Source: an uncultured Gemmatimonadales bacterium
Lineage (GTDB): Bacteria > Gemmatimonadota > Gemmatimonadetes > Gemmatimonadales > GWC2-71-9
DNA: 64,000 nucleotides
Reading direction: 5' to 3'
Assembly (NCBI GenBank): GCA_963779755.1
Contig: CAVZZO010000001.1
Coordinates: 1,632,001 to 1,696,000 of the forward strand
Shown here: positions 19,639-28,636 of the stretch, in pieces
Position numbering within the stretch: position 1 is the stretch's first letter
Layout: every line of letters starts with the position of its first letter
The notes under the pieces: generated by a model
What the model saw: only the letters and a program-made list of their open reading frames with translations
Told to the model about the DNA's origin: nothing
Database searches by the model: none
Position numbers and translations under genes: made by a program

Positions 19639-20817
19639 ATGCGTCGTTCTCTGAGTGCCCTCGGCCTTCTGAGCCTGTTCCTCCTGGCCGCATGCCGCGA
19701 ATCTCCCATGCCCTTGAGCCCGGGCGGGCCGGTGGCCGACGCGGCATACATCCCGCGATGCCAGCTGGGCCCGATCATGGATTTCAGCGCCCAGTATTTT
19801 GATCATGCCGATTTTGCCCGGGCGCAAGCGCTGGCGCGCGGTCAGTGGCGGGCGGTCATCCATGAAGACATCGGGCTGGCGACCAGTCGCGGCTTCGATC
19901 TCCTGGCGCTCATCGCCGATGCCCGGGATGCTGGCCGGCAGGCCGGCAGCCCGCAGGCCGGCTCCAGCCTCGCCAATGCGGTGCTGACCTGCATGGATGT
20001 AGGGCCCGTGAGCCTGCCGGTAGACTTCTCCAGCTCGCTCAGTGTCGGAGGGTTCGAGGTCCGCGGTGGCGTCGCCGATCCCACTGCCGCCGTACTCTCC
20101 GCCGACAACTTCTCCGGCGTCGGACTCAAGACCGGAACCTGGCTCGGCGTGCTGGGAACCCGGACCCTGTTCTTCGGGCTCCCTGATCTCAACACCACGT
20201 ATGCGGAGTTGCTGGTGGGACAGCCGTTCACCTGGTCCACGATCCCCGCCCATCCTGCGCTCCCCCCTGGCCTGGTCGTGGGATTCTGCGTCCTCAATCC
20301 CGGAACCTTCCGGGTGGCGGAAGCTCACGCCAGCTCGCAGACGATCCTTGACCTGGAAGATGCGGGTTTCTTCCTCGGTAATTGCAGCGCCCCCAGCCCT
20401 TCCGGTCTCACGCCCAGCCAGTTGCGGCTGGCGCTGGGCGCCACCGCCGGGCCGGTAGGCGGGTCGGCCACCGGGTTCAGCGGCTTTGCCCCGGTCGATC
20501 CCGGCTCCATCAATCTGAGCTTTGTGCAACAGCCGTCCTCCGGCGCCGCCGGCAGCGCCATCGCCCCGCCGATTCAGGTGCTGGCCACGGGAGACGGTGC
20601 TACGCCATTCACCGGAGTGACGATCACCCTCGGGAGAGTCAACCGCGATAACCGGTTCATTGCCCTGAGTCCACCGGTTACCACCGGCAGCGACGGGCTG
20701 GCCACCTTCGCCAGCGTGGTACTCTCGCAGCCCGGCACATACACCCTCGTGGCAGCCGGGAGTGCCCCGGGGTATGCGTCGGTCCAGATCACGTCGGGCG
20801 CGTTTAGCATCCAGTGA
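19639..20817 (+). CDS. Lipoprotein with C-terminal Ig-like domain
   Basis: MRRSLSALG...LAAC lipobox; LSFVQQPS...DGLATF...PGTYTLVA Ig-like pattern. Confidence 0.65.
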   Translation: MRRSLSALGLLSLFLLAACRESPMPLSPGGPVADAAYIPRCQLGPIMDFSAQYFDHADFARAQALARGQWRAVIHEDIGLATSRGFDLLALIADARDAGRQAGSPQAGSSLANAVLTCMDVGPVSLPVDFSSSLSVGGFEVRGGVADPTAAVLSADNFSGVGLKTGTWLGVLGTRTLFFGLPDLNTTYAELLVGQPFTWSTIPAHPALPPGLVVGFCVLNPGTFRVAEAHASSQTILDLEDAGFFLGNCSAPSPSGLTPSQLRLALGATAGPVGGSATGFSGFAPVDPGSINLSFVQQPSSGAAGSAIAPPIQVLATGDGATPFTGVTITLGRVNRDNRFIALSPPVTTGSDGLATFASVVLSQPGTYTLVAAGSAPGYASVQITSGAFSIQ

Positions 20818-20879
20818 GTCCGGCGGGACTTGAGGACTGAATGCAGCGGCTTGTTGCACGGTTGTGACAGGTCCTGTAT

Positions 20880-21617
20880 TCAGTCCTCGACCCTTTCCAC
20901 GTAGGCCCGGAGCTCTTCGGCATTCACGACGGCATGGCCGCCCAGGTCGTTATTGAAATAGGCCCAGACTTCCCGTCCGCAGTCCAATTCCGCACGAATA
21001 CGTTCAGCTTCCTTCTGCAACTGGCCGGTCGGATAGCGCCCTGCGTAGAGGGCGCCGGCCCCATGATAGCGGAGGTAGAGCCAGTCGGCCGTCAGGCGCC
21101 AGGGATGGCTGGGCAGGCGATCGTGAATGCAGAGGGCGGCGCCATGGCGTTCCAGCACGCGGAACACCCGGGAACAGAGCCAGCTCGGCTCCCGGAACTC
21201 AACCGCGCAGCGATGGTGCCGGGCCGCCAGCGAAAGGAAGCGGTCGAGCCGTGGCGGATCGGCCCTCCAGTAGGGCGGCAGCTGGATCAGGACCGGCCCC
21301 AGGTGCTCCCCCAACCGGTCGGCGCGGCGGATGAAGCGCCGCCAGCCGCCCGACCCGCCGCCCAGTTTCATCAGGTGGGTGCAGAAGCGGTTGAGCTTGA
21401 GGGCATAGCGGAAGCCGGCCGGCGCCGCGGCGCGCCACTGGTCGAAGGTCCCCGCCTGGGGCAGCCGGTAGAAGGTGTTATTGAGCTCCACGGTATCGAA
21501 GCGCTCGGTGTACCGGGCGAACCAGCGCCGCTTCGGCAGCCCCGTGGGATAGAGCCGGCCCCGCCAGTGATTGTACTGATACCCTGAGGTGCCGATGTAC
21601 ACGCGGCCGGCGGTCAT
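20880..21617 (-). CDS. DUF72 (YecE-like) protein
   Basis: IGTSGYQY, VELNNTFY, QLPP, EFR, YLRYHG, YFNND; ATG overlaps the fpg-like stop. Confidence 0.9.
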   Translation of the reverse strand: MTAGRVYIGTSGYQYNHWRGRLYPTGLPKRRWFARYTERFDTVELNNTFYRLPQAGTFDQWRAAAPAGFRYALKLNRFCTHLMKLGGGSGGWRRFIRRADRLGEHLGPVLIQLPPYWRADPPRLDRFLSLAARHHRCAVEFREPSWLCSRVFRVLERHGAALCIHDRLPSHPWRLTADWLYLRYHGAGALYAGRYPTGQLQKEAERIRAELDCGREVWAYFNNDLGGHAVVNAEELRAYVERVED

Positions 21618-22408
21618 GCTCGCTTCCGCTGGCAACCGGGACAATACCAGGTGGTGCGGCCGCCCACGCTGGTCCGGGTCGCGGTGCCGCCGCAGCGGGG
21701 GCAGCGGTGATCGCCTTCCCGGTGCGGCAGGAGCCAGCGGCGGGGCAGCTCCGCCACCCTGCCGCCGTGGCGCGCGGCGGTGCGCAGCACCCGTCGCATG
21801 ACCCGGTGCAGCCGGCGGACCTCGGGGCCGGTGAGCAATCTGACGGCGGTGGCGGGATGAATCCCCGCCTGATAGAGAATCTCGTCGGCATAGAGATTTC
21901 CGATGCCGGCAATCCGCGACTGGTCCAGCAGTCGCGCCTTGATCGCCCCACGCGCTCCCAGGCGCCGGCGGAGGGCGCCGGCATCGAGCGCATGGTCCAG
22001 CGCATCGGGCCCCAGGTGCTGGCTCCGCACAAAATCCTCGACACCCTCCGTCCAGCCGATGCGTCCCAGGCGGCGGGGGCACCGGTAGGCCAGGGCGTGG
22101 CCGTTACCGAATTCGAGCAGCAATCCGGTATGAGGAGGGATGTCCTCCTGCGCACGATCGTAGTAGCGCAGCGTGCCCGTCATTCCGAAGTGCAGCGTCA
22201 GCCAGCCCTTGCCGCTCCGGGCGAAGAGATGTTTGCCGTGCCGGCGAGTCGCGGTGAGCTGCTCGTGGGCCAGGCGGCGCGACAGCGCCGCGGCCGAGAT
22301 GCCGCGCAGCAGCCGGCGGTCTCGCACCCGGGTATGGGCGATCGGTTGTCGCAGCGCGTGCCGCTGCAGGTAACGGCGGCAGGCCGCGACGTCGGGCAGT
22401 TCCGGCAC
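21614..22408 (-). CDS. Fpg/Nei-family DNA glycosylase/AP lyase
   Basis: N-terminal PELPD, RHGKHL, HFGMTG, H2TH GIGNLYADE, C-terminal CPRC...CPGCQ zinc finger. Confidence 0.92.
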   Translation of the reverse strand: MPELPDVAACRRYLQRHALRQPIAHTRVRDRRLLRGISAAALSRRLAHEQLTATRRHGKHLFARSGKGWLTLHFGMTGTLRYYDRAQEDIPPHTGLLLEFGNGHALAYRCPRRLGRIGWTEGVEDFVRSQHLGPDALDHALDAGALRRRLGARGAIKARLLDQSRIAGIGNLYADEILYQAGIHPATAVRLLTGPEVRRLHRVMRRVLRTAARHGGRVAELPRRWLLPHREGDHRCPRCGGTATRTSVGGRTTWYCPGCQRKRA

Positions 22409-22463
22409 CTCCGGCTCCTCGAGACGCGACCATGCTTGATGTCGTTGTCGGCCAGGCCCCTAC

Positions 22464-22479
22464 CGTGACATCGGTCACC
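22464..22479. promoter_or_regulatory. CRP/FNR-like palindrome between divergent fpg-like and ligD genes
   Basis: cGTGA-CATCGG-TCACc (GTGA-N6-TCAC). Confidence 0.35.
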
Positions 22480-22512
22480 GTGTAGGTTCATGGCTCCACG
22501 CTAGTGTGCCCT

Positions 22513-23145
22513 ATGGCTCGATCCGATGCTCTGCAGCGCTATCGGCGCAAACGGGATTTCCACCGCACGCCGGAACCTGCCGGCGGCCACCAGGGCGGCG
22601 GGACAGGCTCGCCGCGATTCGTCATCCAGAAACACGACGCCTCACGCCTGCATTATGACTTCCGCCTTGAAGCCGGCGGGGTGCTCAAGTCGTGGGCGGT
22701 ACCCAAGGGCCCCTCGACCGATCCGCGGGAGAAGCGGCTGGCCGTGCAGGTGGAGGATCACCCCCTGGATTATGCCGACTTCGAAGGCACCATTCCCGAG
22801 GGATCCTACGGCGCGGGAACCGTCATCGTATGGGACGCAGGCACCTACCGGAATCTGACCCGGGACGATGAAGGCCGGGAGATCCCTCTGGCGCGCGCGC
22901 TGCAACAGGGAACGGCCGAGGTCTGGCTCGAGGGCGAGAAGCTGCGGGGCGGCTATGCGCTGGTGCACAGCCGGATGGGAGGCAAGCGGGAGAACTGGCT
23001 GCTGATCAAGATGCGCGACGACGCAGCCGACGCGCGACGCAATCCGGTCAGCACGCAGCCGAAGAGCGTCAGAACGGGGCGGACGATCGCCCAGGTCCGG
23101 GCCGCCGCCGGCTCCAGAGGGGAGCCCTCCCACGGCCGCCGATGA
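22513..23145 (+). CDS. Stand-alone LigD 3'-phosphoesterase (PE) module
   Basis: YRRKRDFHRTPEP, FVIQKHDASRLHYDFRLE, SWAVPKGPS, EDHPLDY. Confidence 0.93.
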   Translation: MARSDALQRYRRKRDFHRTPEPAGGHQGGGTGSPRFVIQKHDASRLHYDFRLEAGGVLKSWAVPKGPSTDPREKRLAVQVEDHPLDYADFEGTIPEGSYGAGTVIVWDAGTYRNLTRDDEGREIPLARALQQGTAEVWLEGEKLRGGYALVHSRMGGKRENWLLIKMRDDAADARRNPVSTQPKSVRTGRTIAQVRAAAGSRGEPSHGRR

Positions 23146-24166
23146 CTGGACGTCGCGGCTTCCGTCGGGCCAGCGGGATCTGCTGCGGCGGGCTCCCCTG
23201 CCGTCCTGGACCGAGCCCATGCTGGCGACCCTCACCGACGAGCGGTTCAGCAGCCCGGACTGGGTCTTCGAGCGCAAGCTGGACGGCATCCGCTGCCTGG
23301 CCTTCCGGTCCTCCCGGGGCGTGCGGCTCCTCTCCCGCCGGAGGCAGGCGATGAACGCGACCTGGCCCGAACTGGTGGACGCGCTGGAGGCGCAGGACGG
23401 CGCCTTCCTGGCCGACGGCGAGATCGTCGCCTTCGCCGGGGGCCAGACCAGTTTCGCGCGGCTGCAGCAGCGCATGGGGCTGCACGATGCGGCCGCCGCG
23501 CGGCACAGCGGCGTGGCGGTCTTCCTGTACCTGTTCGATCTGCTGCATCTCAACGGCTACGATCTGACCGCACTCCCGCTGCGCAGGCGCAAACAGATCC
23601 TGAAACGGGCGCTGCGGTTCCGGGACCCATTGCGCTACACCACGCACCGGAATCGCGAGGGGGAGCGGCTGCTCAGCGCGGCCTGCCGGCGGGGATGGGA
23701 AGGCCTGATCGCCAAACGCGCCGATGCTCCATACCGGCACCGACGCTCCCGCGACTGGCTCAAGTTCAAGTGCGGCCGCCGGCAGGAACTGGTGGTCGGC
23801 GGCTACACCGATCCGCGCGGCGCCCGCATCGGGTTCGGCGCGCTGCTCCTGGGCTATTACGAAGGGGGGCGGCTTCGCTACGCGGGCAAGGTCGGCACCG
23901 GCTGGGATGACGCGGCCCTCCGGCAGCTGGCGGCGCGCCTGGAACGGCTGGAGCGTGAGTCTGCCCCGTTCGAGCCGGCCCCGCGCGAACCGGGCGTTCA
24001 CTGGGTGACACCGCGCCTGGTGGCGGAAATCGGATTCACCGAGTGGACCGCTGATGGCAAGCTCCGCCATCCGCGGTTCCTGGGCCTGCGGAGCGACAAG
24101 ACGGCGCGCGAGGTGCGGCGCGAGCGCCCCGATCCCCGTCCGCGATCCTCCGAGGAGACGGCATGA
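23132..24166 (+). CDS. ligD: ATP-dependent DNA ligase, LigD LIG module (start uncertain: ACG at 23132 or ATG at 23219)
   Basis: EPMLAT, motif I ERKLDGIR, DGEIV, FDLL, EGLIAK, WLKFK, OB fold VGTG...LRHPRF. Confidence 0.9.
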   Translation, partial: TAADDWTSRLPSGQRDLLRRAPLPSWTEPMLATLTDERFSSPDWVFERKLDGIRCLAFRSSRGVRLLSRRRQAMNATWPELVDALEAQDGAFLADGEIVAFAGGQTSFARLQQRMGLHDAAAARHSGVAVFLYLFDLLHLNGYDLTALPLRRRKQILKRALRFRDPLRYTTHRNREGERLLSAACRRGWEGLIAKRADAPYRHRRSRDWLKFKCGRRQELVVGGYTDPRGARIGFGALLLGYYEGGRLRYAGKVGTGWDDAALRQLAARLERLERESAPFEPAPREPGVHWVTPRLVAEIGFTEWTADGKLRHPRFLGLRSDKTAREVRRERPDPRPRSSEETA

Positions 24167-25071
24167 CCAGGCGGACGTTCGGTCAGTATCAGTTCGAGAG
24201 TACGCATGAAGACCGGGTGCTGTTCCCCGACTGCGGCATCACCAAGGGCGCGCTGATCGACTACTACTCGCGGATCGCGTCAACCATGGTGCCCCACCTG
24301 CGCGACCGCCCGCTCACCATGCACCGGTTCCCCGATGGGCTGGAAGGCGAGGACTTCTTCCAGAAGACGGCGCCCGACTATTTCCCGGACTGGGTCGCCC
24401 GGGTCCGGGTGGAGACGGCCGAGGGCGTACAGGACCAGGTACTCTGTCAGAACGCCGCCACCCTGGCCTACCTGGCCCAGCAGGGCTGCATCACGCCGCA
24501 TGTGTGGCTCAGCCGGCGCGACCGGCTGGACTGTCCCGACCAGATGGTGATCGACCTCGATCCCCCGGACGACGATTTCGAGCTGGTGCGCCGCGCCGCG
24601 TTCCGCTATCGCGAGCTGCTGGACGAGCTGAAGCTGCCGTCCTGCGTCAAGACCACCGGCTCGCGCGGCATCCACGTGCTGGTGCCGCTCGACCGCCGCA
24701 GCGGATTCGACGAGGTCCGGGCCTTTGCCCGCCGCATGGCGGACATCCTGGCGGCGCGCTTTCCCGAGGAGCTGACGACGGAGCAGCGCAAGAACAAGCG
24801 CGCGGGTCGGCTCTATCTCGATACCGGCCGCAACGCCTACGGGCAGACCGCGGTGGCCCCCTATGCCGTGCGGCCCCTGCCGCAGGCGCCGGTGGCCACC
24901 CCCATCACCTGGGACGAGTTGGGCCAGCACGACCTGCATTCCCGCACCTATACCATCAGGAACATTTTCCGTCGCCTGGGCCAGCGTGGCGATCCCTGGG
25001 GCGCCATCCGGCGGCACGGACGTTCGCTCTCCGCCGCGCGCCATCGGCTGGACCAGCTGCTGGTCCGGTGA
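24163..25071 (+). CDS. Stand-alone LigD primase-polymerase (POL) module
   Basis: RFPDG, FFQK, DLDP, KTTGSRGIHV, YLD...N...T.VAPY; ATGA overlap with the ligase. Confidence 0.93.
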   Translation: MTRRTFGQYQFESTHEDRVLFPDCGITKGALIDYYSRIASTMVPHLRDRPLTMHRFPDGLEGEDFFQKTAPDYFPDWVARVRVETAEGVQDQVLCQNAATLAYLAQQGCITPHVWLSRRDRLDCPDQMVIDLDPPDDDFELVRRAAFRYRELLDELKLPSCVKTTGSRGIHVLVPLDRRSGFDEVRAFARRMADILAARFPEELTTEQRKNKRAGRLYLDTGRNAYGQTAVAPYAVRPLPQAPVATPITWDELGQHDLHSRTYTIRNIFRRLGQRGDPWGAIRRHGRSLSAARHRLDQLLVR

Positions 25072-25802
25072 CCGTCCCCGATCGCACCGCCGTCGTTACC
25101 GGCGCGACCCGCGGCCTGGGCCGGGCCCTCGCCCTGGCCTTCGCCCGGCGGCGCTACGTGGTGTACGGTACCGCCCGGCACGAAGACGCCCTGCGGGAGC
25201 TGGCCGCGGGCGCCGCCGATCTGGGCCTGGACCTCCGGGTGCTGGCCGGCGATGTGTCGCAACCGGAGGATAATGCCCGGCTGGCCCAGCGCCTGCGGGA
25301 GGACGAGCGCCGGGTGGACGTGCTGGTGCACTGTGCCGGACTGCTGGGCGAGCGCGTGGAGCTGGCGGCGTATCCGCCCGAGATCTGGAACCGGGTGCTG
25401 GCCGTGAATCTGACCGGCCCGTTCGATCTCACCCGCCAGCTGGTGCCGCTGCTGCACCGCCGCAGCGTGGTGCAATTCGTCACCAGCGGGGTCAGCCTGA
25501 CCGCCCGCGAGCGGTGGGGCGCGTACAACGTCTCCAAGATCGCCCTCGACGGGCTGGCCCGGATCTGGGCCCGGGAACTGGAAGCGAGCGGCGTGCGGGT
25601 CTTTCTCATCGATCCGGGCCGGATGCGCACCGGGATGCGCGCGGCCGCCTATCCCGAGGAAGACCCGGCGCGTGTGCCCCTGCCCGAAGAGAAAACCGGC
25701 ATCTTTCTCCGCCTGGTGGAGGAAGGTACCCTGGCCCAGACGGGCCAGCGCTTCGAAGCGGGGCAGGAGGTCCATCCCGGGAGCGGTGCGCCGCCGGGGT
25801 AG
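25068..25802 (+). CDS. SDR-family oxidoreductase (YciK-like)
   Basis: TGATRGLG, YNVSK, DPGRMRTGMRAAAYPEED; GTGA overlap with the POL gene. Confidence 0.88.
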   Translation: MTVPDRTAVVTGATRGLGRALALAFARRRYVVYGTARHEDALRELAAGAADLGLDLRVLAGDVSQPEDNARLAQRLREDERRVDVLVHCAGLLGERVELAAYPPEIWNRVLAVNLTGPFDLTRQLVPLLHRRSVVQFVTSGVSLTARERWGAYNVSKIALDGLARIWARELEASGVRVFLIDPGRMRTGMRAAAYPEEDPARVPLPEEKTGIFLRLVEEGTLAQTGQRFEAGQEVHPGSGAPPG

Positions 25803-25876
25803 AGCGCTCCCGCACCGTCGGTTAGATTGCAGGACCAACGGGACCTCACGACTCAGCCAACGTTCGAGGTGCGATC

Positions 25877-26893
25877 ATGACGGAGCTTGCCGCCACCGCC
25901 CGCGCGCTCGTCGCCGCCGGCAAGGGCATCCTCGCCGCCGATGAAAGTTTCGGGACCATCGAAAAACGCTTCACCAGCATCGGCCTGCCCAGCACGGAAG
26001 AAAACCGGCGGGCCTACCGCGACGTGCTGTTCACCACCCCCGGCATCGAGCAATACATCAGCGGCGTCATTCTGTTCGACGAAACCATCCGCCAGCACAG
26101 CGCCGACGGAACCCGTTTTGTCGAGGTGCTCGACTCGGCCGGCATCATTCCCGGCATCAAGGTCGACAGCGGCGCCAAGCCGCTGGCCGGGTTTCCGGGT
26201 GAAAAGATCACCGAGGGGCTCGACGGCCTGCGCCAGCGGCTGGAGGAGTACCGGGACCTCGGCGCTCGGTTCGCCAAGTGGCGTGCCGTCATCAGCATCG
26301 ACGAGGGACTGCCCACCCGCTTCGCGCTCGATGCCAACGCCCACGCCCTGGCCCGCTATGCGGCGCTTTGCCAGGAGGCGGGCCTGGTTCCCATCGTCGA
26401 GCCGGAAGTGCTGATGGACGGCAGCCATTCGATCGAGCGCTGCGAACAGGTCACCGAGGCCACCCTCAAGACCACCTTCGCCCATCTCTTCGGCCATCGG
26501 GTGGTGCTGGAGGAGATGCTGCTCAAGCCCAACATGGTCATCTCCGGCAAGGGCGCCTCGCCGCGCGCCGGCGTCGAAGAAGTAGCCGCGGCGACGGTCC
26601 GCTGCCTGCGCCGCTCGGTGCCGGCCGCAGTGCCCGGTATCGTCTTTCTCTCCGGCGGCCAGAGCCCCGAAGAGGCCACCGCGCACCTCAATGCCATGAA
26701 CGCGCTGGGCCCGCTGCCCTGGGAGCTGAGCTTCAGCTACGGCCGCGCCCTGCAGGATGCCGCGCTCAAGACCTGGTCCGGCCAGCAGGCCAACGTTTCC
26801 CAGGCCCAGGATGCCTACCTCCACCGCTCTCGCCTGTGCAGCGCCGCCCGCAGCGGCGATTACAGCGAAGAGATGGAGCTTCAGCCCGTCTAG
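25877..26893 (+). CDS. Class I fructose-bisphosphate aldolase
   Basis: GKGILAADES, FAKWR, VPIVEPEV, LLKPNMV, FLSGGQS, SFSYGRALQ. Confidence 0.95.
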   Translation: MTELAATARALVAAGKGILAADESFGTIEKRFTSIGLPSTEENRRAYRDVLFTTPGIEQYISGVILFDETIRQHSADGTRFVEVLDSAGIIPGIKVDSGAKPLAGFPGEKITEGLDGLRQRLEEYRDLGARFAKWRAVISIDEGLPTRFALDANAHALARYAALCQEAGLVPIVEPEVLMDGSHSIERCEQVTEATLKTTFAHLFGHRVVLEEMLLKPNMVISGKGASPRAGVEEVAAATVRCLRRSVPAAVPGIVFLSGGQSPEEATAHLNAMNALGPLPWELSFSYGRALQDAALKTWSGQQANVSQAQDAYLHRSRLCSAARSGDYSEEMELQPV

Positions 26894-26934
26894 GCCATGA
26901 CCACAGCGAAAGAAAAAGAGAAATGAACCTTTCT

Positions 26935-27477
26935 CTATCCTTTCCGCCGTATCAGGCCTGAACGCAGAATAGAGTCGACCGGGGGCAGGGCCTGGCGGGC
27001 CGCATCGGGCAAGCCGTCTCCCGGTCCGACCGGCACGGCGCCGGCGCCCCCGTCCCCCACCACGATCCGCCCGACCATGCCGGCCGCTTCGTGCGGGCGG
27101 CAGAAGTAGTCGTACACGCCGGGCCGCGTCAGGGTTACCTCGAAACTCGCTCCCGGATTGATCAGATACCCCGAGTCCCATGGCTCCGTGCCCGGGGGGA
27201 TGCGCAGCGGATGGTGGTCATTCCGGGGGTGATAGGCGGTGGTCGTGTGGACATTCTGCCGCACTACCCAGCGTACCGTAGTGCCGGGTCGTATCCGCAG
27301 CCCGAGCGGGTCGAACCAGACGGTGCTCCCCTCGTCATCACTCCGCATCTCTACCAGCGCGATGGACAGGTACGGACGCAGCACCGGCAGCCAGCGGCCT
27401 GCGAGAACGAGGCCGCCGGCTGCCAGGAACTGCCGCCGGGTGAGCGCCCCGACGCTACTTGAGCTTCGCGGCTTCAT
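26935..27477 (-). CDS. Tat-exported cupredoxin (plastocyanin/halocyanin-like)
   Basis: TRRQFL Tat motif; type-1 Cu ligands H(TTT)...YFCRPHEAAGM. Confidence 0.85.
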   Translation of the reverse strand: MKPRSSSSVGALTRRQFLAAGGLVLAGRWLPVLRPYLSIALVEMRSDDEGSTVWFDPLGLRIRPGTTVRWVVRQNVHTTTAYHPRNDHHPLRIPPGTEPWDSGYLINPGASFEVTLTRPGVYDYFCRPHEAAGMVGRIVVGDGGAGAVPVGPGDGLPDAARQALPPVDSILRSGLIRRKG

Positions 27478-27868
27478 CCGCCGAGATATACCACACCACG
27501 AAGTGATAGTGCGGCTCCGCGACACCGGGGTGCCCGGCATTGAAGTAGACGTCCACATGGTCCGCTTGCTGGTGCGCCACGGCCAGGTCCCTGAAGTCCT
27601 TGTGGCCGTTCATCGCCGAGAGCGGGATCATGTAAATACTGCTCACCAGATGTCCCTGGTGGTCATAGGCCAGAAAGGGCCCGGCAGGCAGCGTCGCCGG
27701 GTCCACGTACAACGTGCCCATGCCCGGCAGGAAATCGGGCAACGCCACCAGGCTGCTCGCCGGCTTGTAGGGGGCCGGAGGCGGCGCCTGTTCCTGGGCG
27801 CTGAGGGAGGGTGCCACGAGGGCAATAATAAGTCCGGTGAGGACGGGGAGCAGCAGACGGCGCTTCAT
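27455..27868 (-). CDS. Secreted His-rich protein, putative metal-binding
   Basis: Signal peptide LSA/Q; DHVDVYFNAGHPGVAEPHYH; GGAGG RBS. Confidence 0.75.
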   Translation of the reverse strand: MKRRLLLPVLTGLIIALVAPSLSAQEQAPPPAPYKPASSLVALPDFLPGMGTLYVDPATLPAGPFLAYDHQGHLVSSIYMIPLSAMNGHKDFRDLAVAHQQADHVDVYFNAGHPGVAEPHYHFVVWYISADEAAKLK

Positions 27869-27933
27869 GGGGACCTCCAGCAGTTCAGGGTCAGCTTCCT
27901 GTCCAATGAGGGCTCGTTTGGTATGAATATGCT

Positions 27934-27970
27934 AGTTAAGATACTTTAGCAAGTCAGAACTATCTTAACT
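27934..27970. promoter_or_regulatory. Candidate operator in divergent promoter region
   Basis: Perfect inverted repeat AGTTAAGATA-N17-TATCTTAACT in an AT-rich spacer. Confidence 0.65.
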
Positions 27971-27982
27971 CAGAGGTAACCT

Positions 27983-28618
27983 GTGCCGCCTGTAGCGACG
28001 GGGACGAAGCACCAGATTGTTGAAGCGCTTATAGATCAAGAGCTTAGCGCAGCTGATCTGGCCGAGCAGTTGTCCATCAGCCCGGCGGCTGTGAGGCAAC
28101 ATCTGGCGGTCCTGGGAGGCCTCGGGATAGTCGAGCGGCGAAAAGTGGTGACTCGGCCGAGCCGGCCGACCTTCCTCTATCGCCTTTCCCCGGAGGCAAG
28201 GGCCGCCTTACCGAAGCGCTATGATCTGCTGCTGCGGCAGGTACTGGCGGTGGTGCGGGATCGCTATGGGCGAGACCAGCTCGAGTCGGTGATGGCGGCC
28301 TCGGCCGAACGCGTGGCTGGAGGCATCCGCGATCGTCTGGCCGGGGTCTCGGAGGATGAACGGTGGGAGCTGTTGCTGGAGTGGCTGGAAAGGGAATTCG
28401 CCTGGCATGCGGAGGCGCACCGGAGGGGCAAGCGCGCCGAGCTGGTCATCCATCAATGTCCCTTCCAGGAAGTGTCTGCCGGCGAGCCGGAGGTGTGCGG
28501 GATTTTCTTCCGCAGCCTGTTGCGCGCGGTGTATGGCGACGTACCCATCGAGCACGTGCCGCACGGCGTGCCACCGGTCTGCTGCAGGCTGATTCTCGAA
28601 GGGCAGGACTTGCGTTAG
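27983..28618 (+). CDS. ArsR/SufR-like wHTH transcriptional regulator with Cys-containing C-terminal domain
   Basis: LSAADLAEQLSISPAAVRQHL HTH; HQCPF-x10-C...CC. Confidence 0.85.
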   Translation: MPPVATGTKHQIVEALIDQELSAADLAEQLSISPAAVRQHLAVLGGLGIVERRKVVTRPSRPTFLYRLSPEARAALPKRYDLLLRQVLAVVRDRYGRDQLESVMAASAERVAGGIRDRLAGVSEDERWELLLEWLEREFAWHAEAHRRGKRAELVIHQCPFQEVSAGEPEVCGIFFRSLLRAVYGDVPIEHVPHGVPPVCCRLILEGQDLR

Positions 28619-28636
28619 CCACAGTCTGCGGGCGCG

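Noticed and set aside
23143..23145. Stop-codon read-through fusing LigD PE to the ligase
   Set aside because: The ligase is in a different frame; read-through of this TGA would not join them
19560..28620. Mobile genomic island
   Set aside because: Accessory-looking genes, but no integrase, transposase, tRNA or flanking direct repeats seen
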